A stretch of 32,000 nt of DNA from Ignicoccus pacificus DSM 13166 (lineage in GTDB: Archaea; Thermoproteota; Thermoprotei_A; Sulfolobales; Ignicoccaceae), in contig CP006868.1 in NCBI GenBank assembly GCA_025340205.1, positions 90,001 to 122,000 of the forward strand, written 5' to 3'. Each line of letters starts with the position of its first letter. Positions within the stretch are counted from its first letter, which is position 1. A program made the position numbers and the translations under genes. The notes beneath the pieces were generated by a model. That model was not told where the DNA came from, did no database searches, and saw nothing but the letters and a program-made list of their open reading frames with translations. Positions 1 through 8,504 of the stretch are shown piece by piece.

Positions 1-131
1 GGACAATAAGAAGGTAGTGAAGACTGTGAAGAAGATGTTAACTAACGCGTGTTCTCTCTAAAACCACATTTTTGAAAATTTAACTATGGGTGATTTATTC
101 ATAATTAGCTTGTAGAATGGGGTGATGTAGA

Positions 132-956
132 GTGAACGTTGGCGGCTGGGCCTCGCCGAGCAATTTGTTAGGATTCGCACTGTACTACATGCTAGTACCC
201 AGCGTCTTCGTCTTCGCCGCCGGAGCGTCTTATAGAATAGTGAGGATGCTAGCGACCGCCAGATTCCCACCGGCGCAGAGAAGACCTTGGAGTTGGATAG
301 AAGCAATTAAGGGCATAATATGGGTATTCCTAAGGCCTATCGTGTTCGTCGGAAAGACCAGAACTGACGACTTGATAGTGGGTCTAATCTTGCTACACGT
401 CGTGGGAGTAATACCAGTGCTCTTCCTGTTGGCTCAGCACATGTCTTGGTGGGTCTACTACTTCCCGCCGTACAAGTATCTATGGATATTCGCAGTACCG
501 TTGAGTATCACCAGCAGCGTATTGACCGTGACCGCCACCGTTGTGCCCACTACAACCATGTCACACGTCTTCGTGGACACCATATGGGGACCACTGACCG
601 CTATACTGAACGGCGACCTATTGGCGATATTCGTCATGGTCGCCATAGGCTACAAGTGTGCTCTGAGGCTAGTAGAGCTGATAACTAAGCACAGTCACAC
701 TCCCAGAAGACTAGGCGACTTCATCGCTTACGCTCTGCTCTTCGGCATAATATTCAGCGGATACGTGGCAGCTAGACACAGACCCTCTCCTGATGTGGCT
801 ACGTATATGAACGTATTAGGACTCCACGTGCTGCTAGCAGAGATACTGCTCATGTACATCCCATTCAGCAAGTATTGGCACTTCGTGTTTGGTTATTGGT
901 ATGGTAAGCTCCATGAGTGGTATGATACGGATCTGAAGAGGGGTGAGGCGCTATGA
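132..956 (+). CDS. Integral membrane cytochrome-b-like subunit, NarI/HdrE/DsrM (HmeC)-type candidate
   Basis: 274-aa ORF with a GTG start preceded by GGTGAT (120-125, SD-like). Multiple hydrophobic helices carry His residues (LLHVVG, GLHVLLAE, KYWHF). The stop overlaps the next start (ATGA, 953-956), and that next gene is an HdrD/DsrK-like Fe-S protein, the usual partner of this type of subunit. The family call rests largely on this context. Confidence 0.5.
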   Translation: MNVGGWASPSNLLGFALYYMLVPSVFVFAAGASYRIVRMLATARFPPAQRRPWSWIEAIKGIIWVFLRPIVFVGKTRTDDLIVGLILLHVVGVIPVLFLLAQHMSWWVYYFPPYKYLWIFAVPLSITSSVLTVTATVVPTTTMSHVFVDTIWGPLTAILNGDLLAIFVMVAIGYKCALRLVELITKHSHTPRRLGDFIAYALLFGIIFSGYVAARHRPSPDVATYMNVLGLHVLLAEILLMYIPFSKYWHFVFGYWYGKLHEWYDTDLKRGEAL

Positions 957-2413
957 GTAGTCCGGGTATGGAAGGAGGAAATAATATGATGGAACAAATG
1001 ATGAAGATGCTGCAGAGCGGAAAGGTCGACTTAGACACCGCAATAAAGAACGCTATGAAGAACGTCGACGCAGTAATGATGCACTATCTAGAGAACTGCC
1101 TAAACTGTGGTGGCTGTGCTCCAGCGTGTCCGTTCTTTGCAGCAGGGCCAGAGTATAGTCCGGTGAACAAGGCCGAGGAGGTAAGAAAGATATACAGAAA
1201 GGAGATGACCATAGCCGGAAAGATACTGGGAAGACTCGTCGGAGCGGAGAAGCCGAAGCCCGAGGACATGGATAGACTAATGGAACTAGCTTATGCGTGC
1301 ACTAACTGTGGCCACTGCTACTACACTTGTATGGTTGGCATACACAGCGGAAAGGTCGTAGGACTACTGAAAAGCATACTGACCTCTGCTGGATATGTAC
1401 CAACCCTCTTGAACATGTTTGAAGCCGTGGAGCTTCATGGTATGTACAAACAAATACCCGGTATAATGAAGATATGGAACGACGCCCTCGAGGAGGCACA
1501 GAAGAAGTATGGTCCAATAGAGTTTGATAAGAGCTTCAAGGGTTCAACTGACAAGAAGCCCAAGGTATTGTTCCTAGCTTGGATAAGCGATGCGATGATG
1601 ATGAGGAACGGCTTCATAGCAACTATAGGGATATTGAACAAACTCAAGGAAGCTGGCCTAATAGACTGGACCACTTGGAAGGTACCAGAGGCGTTCAGAG
1701 CCCCCATAAGCGTCGTTATCGGAAGATCTGCTAATGCTAAGAAAGTGCTAGAGAGAGTGGTGAAGTACATCGAAGCGATATCGCCAGACTACGTCCTAAT
1801 GATGGATGGAGGATACCCGTATCCTGTATTCAGATTTGAGATGTATGGTGTGATAAAGAAGACTGTCGGCGGAAAGCCTAAGTGGAAGATAGTACACTTG
1901 GTGGAGTTCCTAGACGACTTAATGAAGGAGGGCAAGATAGGGTTCGAGCAAGCGGATGATCCGATAACTTGGCACGACCCATGCCAGCTCGGAAGACACT
2001 CCAGGGTGTTCGAGCCTCCTAGGGACTTGCTAAAGGCCGCGAGCAGCAGCTACAGAGATCTGCCTCACAATAGAGAGATGAACTTCTGCTGCGGTGGTGG
2101 AGGAGGAATAGGATGTATACTAAGAGAAGTAAGGATAACTATGGGCCAGATAGTTGGTATGGAGATAAGGATACCTCCCAAGGAGGAGGAGTTCGAGAGA
2201 AGGGTAGAGAGGAACCATCTAATAGCAGTTAGGAGAAAGATGGAGGACGTGAAGAAGAGCGGTGCAAAGATAGTCGCGACTGCTTGTCCAGCATGTGTAG
2301 AGACCATAGCTAGAGGTGTAAGGCACTACGGAAAGGAGATGGGTATAGAGGACGTAAAGGTAATCCACATAAGCGAGTACCTCGTGGATAAGCTCAAGGT
2401 CTACACACACTAA
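953..2413 (+). CDS. Fe-S oxidoreductase of the HdrD/DsrK/GlpC family (2x[4Fe-4S] ferredoxin motifs plus CCG domains)
   Basis: 486 aa. It has CLNCGGCAPACP and CTNCGHCYYTC cluster motifs, then cysteine-rich CCG-type motifs (HDPCQLGRH, NFCCGGGGG, ACPACVE). Confidence 0.75.
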   Translation: MSSPGMEGGNNMMEQMMKMLQSGKVDLDTAIKNAMKNVDAVMMHYLENCLNCGGCAPACPFFAAGPEYSPVNKAEEVRKIYRKEMTIAGKILGRLVGAEKPKPEDMDRLMELAYACTNCGHCYYTCMVGIHSGKVVGLLKSILTSAGYVPTLLNMFEAVELHGMYKQIPGIMKIWNDALEEAQKKYGPIEFDKSFKGSTDKKPKVLFLAWISDAMMMRNGFIATIGILNKLKEAGLIDWTTWKVPEAFRAPISVVIGRSANAKKVLERVVKYIEAISPDYVLMMDGGYPYPVFRFEMYGVIKKTVGGKPKWKIVHLVEFLDDLMKEGKIGFEQADDPITWHDPCQLGRHSRVFEPPRDLLKAASSSYRDLPHNREMNFCCGGGGGIGCILREVRITMGQIVGMEIRIPPKEEEFERRVERNHLIAVRRKMEDVKKSGAKIVATACPACVETIARGVRHYGKEMGIEDVKVIHISEYLVDKLKVYTH

Positions 2414-2418
2414 AGACA

Positions 2419-2440
2419 TTTTTGGGGAGCTCTAGCTCCC
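2419..2440 (+). terminator. T5 run followed by a perfect 16-nt palindrome downstream of the HdrD-like gene
   Basis: TTTTT lies at 2419-2423, 6 nt after the TAA stop. GGGAGCTCTAGCTCCC at 2425-2440 is perfectly self-complementary. Oligo-T is the usual archaeal termination signal. The palindrome could instead be a protein-binding site. Confidence 0.35.
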
Positions 2441-2472
2441 TCAAATTCTTCCTTATTCCTTAAGGGATTCAT

Positions 2473-3789
2473 GTGATTTGTCGCGAAACTTGTGCAAAGG
2501 TTCTAGAAGAGGTAGACCTTACTGGATTGATTTCATATCTTCAGTATCTTTCTGAAAAGAGTAAGTGTTCCATTTCTGTAAATTTAGACGTAAATAAAGG
2601 ACTAATCAAGATAAGAGTTTGTTGTGCGAGAAGCAAGAAGATAACGAAGATAGTTGAAGAAAGAATCATGGCGATAAGAAATCTCGAGAAGAGTAGATGT
2701 ATAAGATTTAGAAAGAATGTAGTGGATATGAAGCTATTTCTTATTAGAGATAGACATATATGTATAGGTAAGGAGTTTGAGACTGGAGCTCCTTATTGTA
2801 TTCCTCTGAAAGCTCTCGAGAGGCATGCCGTCATAATGGGTTCTACGGGATCTGGGAAGAGTACCACAACAAAGAAGATATTGAAGGAAATCGGTAAGAA
2901 CTTGTTGGTCCTTGACTGGCATGGTGAATATGACGATCTTGAATTTGAGGTGGTTGATTGCATAAGCTTTAGGAATCTGAGGGAGATTGGAAGGGGAGAA
3001 CTCGTTGACTCTTTAGCCAGCTCTTTAGGGCTTTCTGATTCTCAATATTACTTATTGATGAAAGTCGTACAAAGCTTATGGGTGAAGAATAGAGACTTCG
3101 GGTTGCGGGACATAATCTTTCACATCAAAGCGTTAGATGAGAGCAGCAGGTGGGTCAGAGAAAGCAAATATGCTCTATTAAAAAGACTAGAGATGCTACT
3201 TCATGAAGAGGGTTGTCAAACGGAGATAGAGGAGGTGATCAAGAAAAGTAAAGGGGGCATAATAGTTGATTTGAGTACCAATAGCGAGTATGGAAAGAGA
3301 TTCATTTCAAATGCCATCCTAGCACATGCCTTTACCAAGGCTAGGGCTAAGAAGTTGAGGAAGCTTTTCATAGTTCTTGAAGAAGCTCACAACGTGGCGC
3401 CGAAGACCACAGAACTGAGCTTAGCGGAGAAGATTTACATGGAGGGTAGAAAATATGGCCTTCATTTGATAGCGGTAACGCAGTCGCCTAGGAAGTTAAG
3501 TGATGGTATTCTCAGAAACTCTGCATTGAAAGTAGTCCACGCTTTAGAGGACGTCGAAGATGCAAAGTATATCGCAAATAGTATAGGATATCCAGATCTA
3601 TGGAAGGAATTCTTGTATTTGGACGTTGGACACGCTTACTTCTACTTCAAGAAGCCTATCCACGTAGTTATTGAGTCCAACAATATCGAAAGAACTCCTC
3701 CCACTCCTCCTGAGAATGTTCTCGACAAGGAATCTTTTCGCAGTTTAGAACTCGAAGAGCGTTCTCGAGGGACCTCTGAAGTCCACTAG
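2473..3789 (+). CDS. HerA/DUF87-like P-loop ATPase (start uncertain)
   Basis: Walker A is GSTGSGKST, preceded by the HerA-typical ...LERHAVIMG motif. VLDWHGEY follows, and Walker B is FIVLEEAHNVAP. The GTG at 2473 is the longest start. In-frame ATGs occur at 2668 and 2728, and the latter has TATAAGATTTA (2700-2710) about 24 nt upstream. Confidence 0.7.
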   Translation: MICRETCAKVLEEVDLTGLISYLQYLSEKSKCSISVNLDVNKGLIKIRVCCARSKKITKIVEERIMAIRNLEKSRCIRFRKNVVDMKLFLIRDRHICIGKEFETGAPYCIPLKALERHAVIMGSTGSGKSTTTKKILKEIGKNLLVLDWHGEYDDLEFEVVDCISFRNLREIGRGELVDSLASSLGLSDSQYYLLMKVVQSLWVKNRDFGLRDIIFHIKALDESSRWVRESKYALLKRLEMLLHEEGCQTEIEEVIKKSKGGIIVDLSTNSEYGKRFISNAILAHAFTKARAKKLRKLFIVLEEAHNVAPKTTELSLAEKIYMEGRKYGLHLIAVTQSPRKLSDGILRNSALKVVHALEDVEDAKYIANSIGYPDLWKEFLYLDVGHAYFYFKKPIHVVIESNNIERTPPTPPENVLDKESFRSLELEERSRGTSEVH

Positions 3790-4225
3790 ATGTGTCTACG
3801 CAAGAGAGTAACTCACCGTATTCTTCTTTAAGAATATGTAAATAGGAGCCCACGAGCTCTGCCTCTAAGTTTGAACAAATTTTCTCTTTGCAGTATCCCT
3901 TCTCTTCCATTCTTCTTATCAAGTCATTTACGTTAGCTTGTAAGTAAATGACTTTCTTTACTTTATCTCGAGGTACGAAGTCTACAACCACTCCTTCGAT
4001 AATATAGCAACCCTTTAAATCATTTATAAATTCCTCAAGTTTATCCATATCAACAACATATACGTTATTTCCGCACTCATCTTTCTCTACTTCAATATAC
4101 CATCCTCTTTCTCGGACTAGGTCGGTGACAGCTATCCTTTTGCATCCGGTAGCTTTTGAAAGCTCTTCTGCTAAGGTACTCTTTCCACTTCCAGGGACCC
4201 CGCTGAGTAGTATTAACTCTCTCAA
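3668..4225 (-). CDS. Fap7/AK6-like adenylate kinase-type NTPase
   Basis: 185 aa. The P-loop is LLSGVPGSGKSTLAEEL. The layout matches archaeal Fap7: a partner-binding segment, IIEG..VD, and RMEEKGYCKEKICSNLEAE (compare RL..RGY...KI.EN.E.E). A Cys-containing C-terminal tail of about 35 aa overlaps the 3' end of the convergent gene. Confidence 0.6.
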   Translation of the reverse strand: MRELILLSGVPGSGKSTLAEELSKATGCKRIAVTDLVRERGWYIEVEKDECGNNVYVVDMDKLEEFINDLKGCYIIEGVVVDFVPRDKVKKVIYLQANVNDLIRRMEEKGYCKEKICSNLEAELVGSYLHILKEEYGELLSCVDTSSGLQRSLENALRVLNCEKIPCREHSQEEWEEFFRYCWTQ

Positions 4226-4274
4226 TGTTCCCTACCTCTTATCACTCCCCCCTTGAGAGCCAAGCGGGAGTGAA

Positions 4275-5120
4275 ATGCTGTACGGCTGGTCTGCTTGGAG
4301 AGGACACTTGAAGAATTGGGAGAGGCTCGTGGAGGAGGTCAGTGACAGCGGATTCGGATACGTTGAACTTAGCCTGGATTTCCCGCTGCCCTACAAGGCG
4401 GAAGAAGTTCGTGAAGCTGTTAAAAGACTAAGAGAAAAGAACCTCAAGGTTTCGATTCACGCCCCTTGGAGGGGTGTCGACCTCGCTACACCGTGGGAAA
4501 GTATAAGGAAAGGGGCATTAGAACTAATGGAACTCACGGCCTCCATAGCTCATAGTATAGAGGCCGAGTACGTGGTACTTCACATGACGACGCCGGAAAA
4601 GCTAGATCAAGATGTGAGGGATAAGGTAATAGAAAGTGCTATCAAGTCTGCAAAGAGAATAGTGGAGATCAGCGAGGAATATTCTGTTCCAATGTACATA
4701 GAGAACGTGGGAAAGCTTGGTCACCCGGATACCTTTGGTAAGATAATGGATGAAAGCGGGGCTGAGTTTTGTTTAGATCTAGCTCACGCTATCGTTGATT
4801 TCGCTAGAAGACACAAGGTGGAATTAGATAGAGTTGACGTGGATGATGTGATGAACATGTGGATAAGTTCTCTGAAGAATAATATAAAATGCGTCCACGT
4901 ACATGGAGTCGTCAATGAAGATGGCAAGATTAGATCTCACCAAGCGTTAGGCTATCCCCTTACCAAGAGAGTGGTGGCGAAGACTATAGCGCAAGCCAGT
5001 CCAGAATACGTTACCCTGGAGATATACTATAATAAGGGAAAAGAAGTAGGTCCGAGGTTTGTCGCAAGAGAGGTGGAAGAGATTAATTCTTGGCTTCGCG
5101 TATATCGTAAATCGAAATAG
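4275..5120 (+). CDS. Xylose-isomerase-like TIM-barrel protein (sugar-phosphate isomerase/epimerase or AP-endonuclease-2 superfamily)
   Basis: 281 aa with alternating beta/alpha character. Metal-ligand-like motifs are SIHAP, VVLHM, YIEN, LDLAH and HVHG. Confidence 0.5.
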   Translation: MLYGWSAWRGHLKNWERLVEEVSDSGFGYVELSLDFPLPYKAEEVREAVKRLREKNLKVSIHAPWRGVDLATPWESIRKGALELMELTASIAHSIEAEYVVLHMTTPEKLDQDVRDKVIESAIKSAKRIVEISEEYSVPMYIENVGKLGHPDTFGKIMDESGAEFCLDLAHAIVDFARRHKVELDRVDVDDVMNMWISSLKNNIKCVHVHGVVNEDGKIRSHQALGYPLTKRVVAKTIAQASPEYVTLEIYYNKGKEVGPRFVAREVEEINSWLRVYRKSK

Positions 5121-5652
5121 GAATCTTAGGCAACTTAATTCCTCTCTGACCCTGGTAATGACCTCTTACGCTGTAATCTCTCTCTACAGGAGAGTCCAAT
5201 CTAACTAAGATAAAGTGGACGAATGGAATACCTGCTTTGAGCTTTACGGGAAAGCTACTTCCAATTACTTCTATTACTATCTGTCCTTCGAAGCCAGCGT
5301 CCACTACCGTTGGAGGAATGTACAATCCCAATCGCGCCAAGGTACTTTTGAGATTCACTAGGGCAACTAGATCGTAAGGTATCCTGACGACTTCCAGTGT
5401 ATGAAGAAGGACATGTTCGTAAGGTTTGATGACTAATCCGCCCTCCTTGCATAAGTCGCCCCTTTCATAATACTCCTCGATGTCTTCCTCTGAGGTGACG
5501 TCCAGAACCTTATTTATTCTCTTAAATCTGGCATACTCGCACCCGATCCTGAGGTCTACACCGTTCTCACTTAGGAGTGATTCGTCAAAGGGTTCTATTT
5601 TCATGAGACCTCTCTGAATGTACGCCTTTATTCCTCTGTCAGACAGTATCAT
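5083..5652 (-). CDS. dcd: dCTP deaminase
   Basis: The N-terminus MILSDRGIK...ENGVDLRIG and the C-terminal ...HYQGQRG are characteristic of Dcd. 189 aa. Confidence 0.85.
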   Translation of the reverse strand: MILSDRGIKAYIQRGLMKIEPFDESLLSENGVDLRIGCEYARFKRINKVLDVTSEEDIEEYYERGDLCKEGGLVIKPYEHVLLHTLEVVRIPYDLVALVNLKSTLARLGLYIPPTVVDAGFEGQIVIEVIGSSFPVKLKAGIPFVHFILVRLDSPVERDYSVRGHYQGQRGIKLPKIPISIYDIREAKN

Positions 5653-5702
5653 CTAGAGCCCTTTTACCGTTTAGGAATGATATCCCTCAAAAAACTGTGG
5701 AC

Positions 5703-6275
5703 TCACTTCTTGTACTTCAGTAGTTCTATTGTGCTCACAGAAGTACCTATTAGCCTCTTGGTGGTACCCTTCACCATGTATACCTTTGTGGTAAGCTCAG
5801 CTTCTTGTAATATTAAGAGATTCTTGTCAATTTTCTCATATCCCTTAAACACAATTAGCATGTTATGCCCTGGCAAGCTCTGCGTTAAGTTTAACGTGAA
5901 TGTACAAATGTCACCGGTACAGTTGTGGGGAGCTTTCTCTAATAGTTCCTTGAACTTTGACTCAGTTAAGAAGGGTAGAGAGACGTTCTTCCAATTGGGA
6001 TTAACAGTAATAGTGGTGTTTATAGTCTTAGTTGTGGACTTGGTAGTAACGATTGTGGCGTTTCCATAGATTCTAAATGTTACCTTAGTGCCGTTAACCC
6101 TGATTACCTCATATGTAACGTAGATGTCCAGACTCTTCCCGCGAAGGGCTAGGAGACCAGTATTCTTGACAGTCTGATGATACGTTGCTGAGAAACCCGG
6201 GTGGGCCCAGGGCTGGGCTAGCACCAATCCTACCAACGCTAACAGAAACACGGATCTCATCATTCTGTGCCCCAA
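5703..6275 (-). CDS. Secreted/surface hypothetical protein with signal peptide
   Basis: The N-terminus MGHRMMRSVFLLALVGLVLAQPWA looks like a signal peptide. There are six N-x-S/T sequons (NGT, NAT, NTT, NVS, NCT, NLT) and a beta-rich composition. The minus strand is purine-rich here, which supports this ORF over the overlapping + ORF 5677-6069. Confidence 0.5.
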   Translation of the reverse strand: MGHRMMRSVFLLALVGLVLAQPWAHPGFSATYHQTVKNTGLLALRGKSLDIYVTYEVIRVNGTKVTFRIYGNATIVTTKSTTKTINTTITVNPNWKNVSLPFLTESKFKELLEKAPHNCTGDICTFTLNLTQSLPGHNMLIVFKGYEKIDKNLLILQEAELTTKVYMVKGTTKRLIGTSVSTIELLKYKK

Positions 6276-6367
6276 GGCCTACGCGTTTCTGCCCTTTAAA
6301 ACGAAGTACGACGCTTACCCCCTACTTTATACTCCAAGGGGACTAGCGTAGTAACGGGTAAAGGCCA

Positions 6368-6784
6368 ATGAGACGTAGGAGAAAAATCCCGTTGACGGTA
6401 GATGATATAATGACAACTCCTCCTTTGACCGTCGATCCAGAAGAGGACGTGGTGGACGTGGCTAAGAAGATGTTAGAACACGGCTTCGGGTCTGCCCTAG
6501 TTGTAGAAGACGACAAGCTCATTGGAATAATTACCGAACATGATCTGCTCTATGCCTTGAGCGAAGGAGAAAAGGGTGTGAAATTAAAGGCTAGAGACGT
6601 AATGACCGAAGACCCGATAACTGTGAAGACAAAGACTGACATTATGGAAGCAATAAGAGTAATGAAAGACGCAAACGTAAGACATCTGCCGGTGGTCGAC
6701 CACAAAGGACGCCCAGTAGGAGTCGTAGCCTTCCGTGATATATTGGAGAGCTTGATGCTGCTATTGCACTTCTTCTACTGTTAA
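6368..6784 (+). CDS. CBS-domain pair protein
   Basis: 138 aa with two CBS repeats (VDDIMTTPPLTV...GIITEHDLL and ARDVMTEDPITV...GVVAFRDIL). Confidence 0.8.
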   Translation: MRRRRKIPLTVDDIMTTPPLTVDPEEDVVDVAKKMLEHGFGSALVVEDDKLIGIITEHDLLYALSEGEKGVKLKARDVMTEDPITVKTKTDIMEAIRVMKDANVRHLPVVDHKGRPVGVVAFRDILESLMLLLHFFYC

Positions 6785-6811
6785 AACCTCTAACCCCCCT
6801 TTCCTATTCTT

Positions 6812-7306
6812 TTGGGTACGTCTCTGATGAGCGTTAAGCTGGGTAAGCTCAAGGCTCTCCTCCTACCAGCGGATGTGATGATAGTAATTTATGATAAGAT
6901 AAGTAAGAGGGCGGATGAAGTAACGGCAGCTCTTGTGCTATATGAAGTTGGGAAGGAGATGGGCGCTAGGATAGCCCGTAACGCGTTTGAAAAAGTAATG
7001 GAACCCAAAGAGGCGTTCTCGAAAATACCGGAACTATTGAGGTGGATAGGTCTTGAGGGTATAGTAAAGGATAGCAAGGTGTACATGCCCTCCGCCTTAG
7101 GAATAGCTACGGAAGATGAGGAGGGCGTCTGTCACTTTGAAAGGGGACTAATAGCAGGCTTCATGAGCGGATTGACTAGGGCTCCTTGGGAAGCGGTCGC
7201 TGAAATTGGTGACGAGGGATGCGTGATCAAGCCCCGCGTTGGAGGTGTTAAGATCGAGGAGGTTGAGGAACTTGACGAAAGGGTGCGAAGTAGGCTTCAA
7301 GGGTAA
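6812..7306 (+). CDS. V4R-domain (4-vinyl reductase-like) small-molecule-binding protein candidate
   Basis: 164 aa. It has the ...YEVGKEMG... and CHFERGLIAGFMSGL motifs typical of V4R domains. The start may be TTG 6812 or ATG 6827. Confidence 0.45.
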   Translation: MGTSLMSVKLGKLKALLLPADVMIVIYDKISKRADEVTAALVLYEVGKEMGARIARNAFEKVMEPKEAFSKIPELLRWIGLEGIVKDSKVYMPSALGIATEDEEGVCHFERGLIAGFMSGLTRAPWEAVAEIGDEGCVIKPRVGGVKIEEVEELDERVRSRLQG

Positions 7307-8504
7307 GACCTTAATCGATGGGGAACTTAGAGAAGTAACTCTGATATCCAAAGGAGAGATCTTGGAGGTAAGATCATCATCTCCTCCTTGTCCTTGTGAA
7401 ATATGCATTAAAGAGAATGATCTAATAGCGTTACCCGGAATGATAGACATACACATTCATGCGAGGGATTGGAACTTAAGCTACAAAGAGACGATAGAGA
7501 GCGCTACTAGAGCAGCGCTAAGAGGCGGAGTGGTAGCGGTATTCGACATGCCCAATACCTCTCCCAAGGTAGATACCTTTGAGAGAGTGAAGAAGAGGAT
7601 AGAAGATTTTAACGAGAAATCTTACGTCGATTTCGGAGTTTACTCTGCTTTACCCCCTAGCGAGGAGGAGTTGAGAAGGGTACTAGGACTGCCCATAGCT
7701 GGGATAAAGCTATTTCCCGAGGATTACAGAAGAGCAGAGATGTTAAGGGATGCGAACGTCTTTACGATAGTTCATCCGGAGTGGCCGGATATGATCAAGG
7801 AAAGCCCTAATCCGGGCGAAAGGAGCTATACAAGAAATCCGCTAGCTGAATTAGAGGCCGTAAAAAGGTTAAGCTTCTTGAAGAACGTACACTTCACGCA
7901 TGTCTCCTTCCCGGAGGCTGTGAGAGAGGCGAGGAGAAGGAGGAAGAGCTTCGACAGCACGCCTCATCATCTTCTCCTGAATTCTAGAAGGGAAAGAGAG
8001 CTCGGATGTTACTCTAAGGTAAATCCCCCTCTTAGATCGGAAAGCGTTCAGAGAGAACTCTTGGAGGAGTTCTTGAGGAGTCCGTGGATAATATCAACAG
8101 ATCACGCACCTCATGCTCCCTATGAGAAAGACAGAGACTTCCTCTCTTGTCCATCAGGATTTCCGGGACTGGAAGTGGCTTTACCTAAGTTGCTTAGCTT
8201 GGTAAAGACTGGTTTAATTACTTTAAAGGATGTCGTGTGGTCGTACTCAGAGGGGCCAGCGAAGCTCATGGGCTTGTGGCCGAAGCTGGGAGCTCTTAAG
8301 AGCGGCTCCCTTGCATCTTTCACGATAGTTAGGCTCAGCTCAAAAACACTGAATCCCCTGGAATTTGAGAGTAAGGCGAAGTTCAGTCCCTTCGAAGGAA
8401 CCCCCGTTGGGGAGGTGGTAGCCACCGTGATTCGAGGAACCCTAGCATATCATGAAGGAAGCTTCAAGAAACCCCAAGCGAGGAACATAGTCGAGCTCGC
8501 ATGA
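7272..8504 (+). CDS. pyrC: Dihydroorotase
   Basis: Motifs PGMIDIHIHARDW, AALRGGVVAVFDMPNTSP and STDHAPH. The start is uncertain. TTG 7272 has GAGGAGGT 8-9 nt upstream, while the longest ORF starts at TTG 7239. Either start overlaps the 3' end of the V4R ORF. Confidence 0.8.
   Translation: MTKGCEVGFKGKTLIDGELREVTLISKGEILEVRSSSPPCPCEICIKENDLIALPGMIDIHIHARDWNLSYKETIESATRAALRGGVVAVFDMPNTSPKVDTFERVKKRIEDFNEKSYVDFGVYSALPPSEEELRRVLGLPIAGIKLFPEDYRRAEMLRDANVFTIVHPEWPDMIKESPNPGERSYTRNPLAELEAVKRLSFLKNVHFTHVSFPEAVREARRRRKSFDSTPHHLLLNSRRERELGCYSKVNPPLRSESVQRELLEEFLRSPWIISTDHAPHAPYEKDRDFLSCPSGFPGLEVALPKLLSLVKTGLITLKDVVWSYSEGPAKLMGLWPKLGALKSGSLASFTIVRLSSKTLNPLEFESKAKFSPFEGTPVGEVVATVIRGTLAYHEGSFKKPQARNIVELA

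Noticed and set aside
1-61. A possible 3' end of an upstream + strand gene (frame 2, ...KKMLTNACSL, stop at 59-61).
   Set aside because: Only 19 codons are visible, so it can be neither identified nor supported.
4850-4885. GTGATGA ... CTGA inside the TIM-barrel CDS, resembling C and D' boxes.
   Set aside because: It lies within a well-supported coding frame, the spacing is about 18 nt rather than 12, and no C'/D pair follows.
5677-6069. A 130-aa + strand ORF overlapping the secreted-protein gene.
   Set aside because: It lies on the pyrimidine-rich strand here, has odd hydrophobic low-complexity composition, and has no SD or TATA support. The minus-strand ORF has a signal peptide and sequons.
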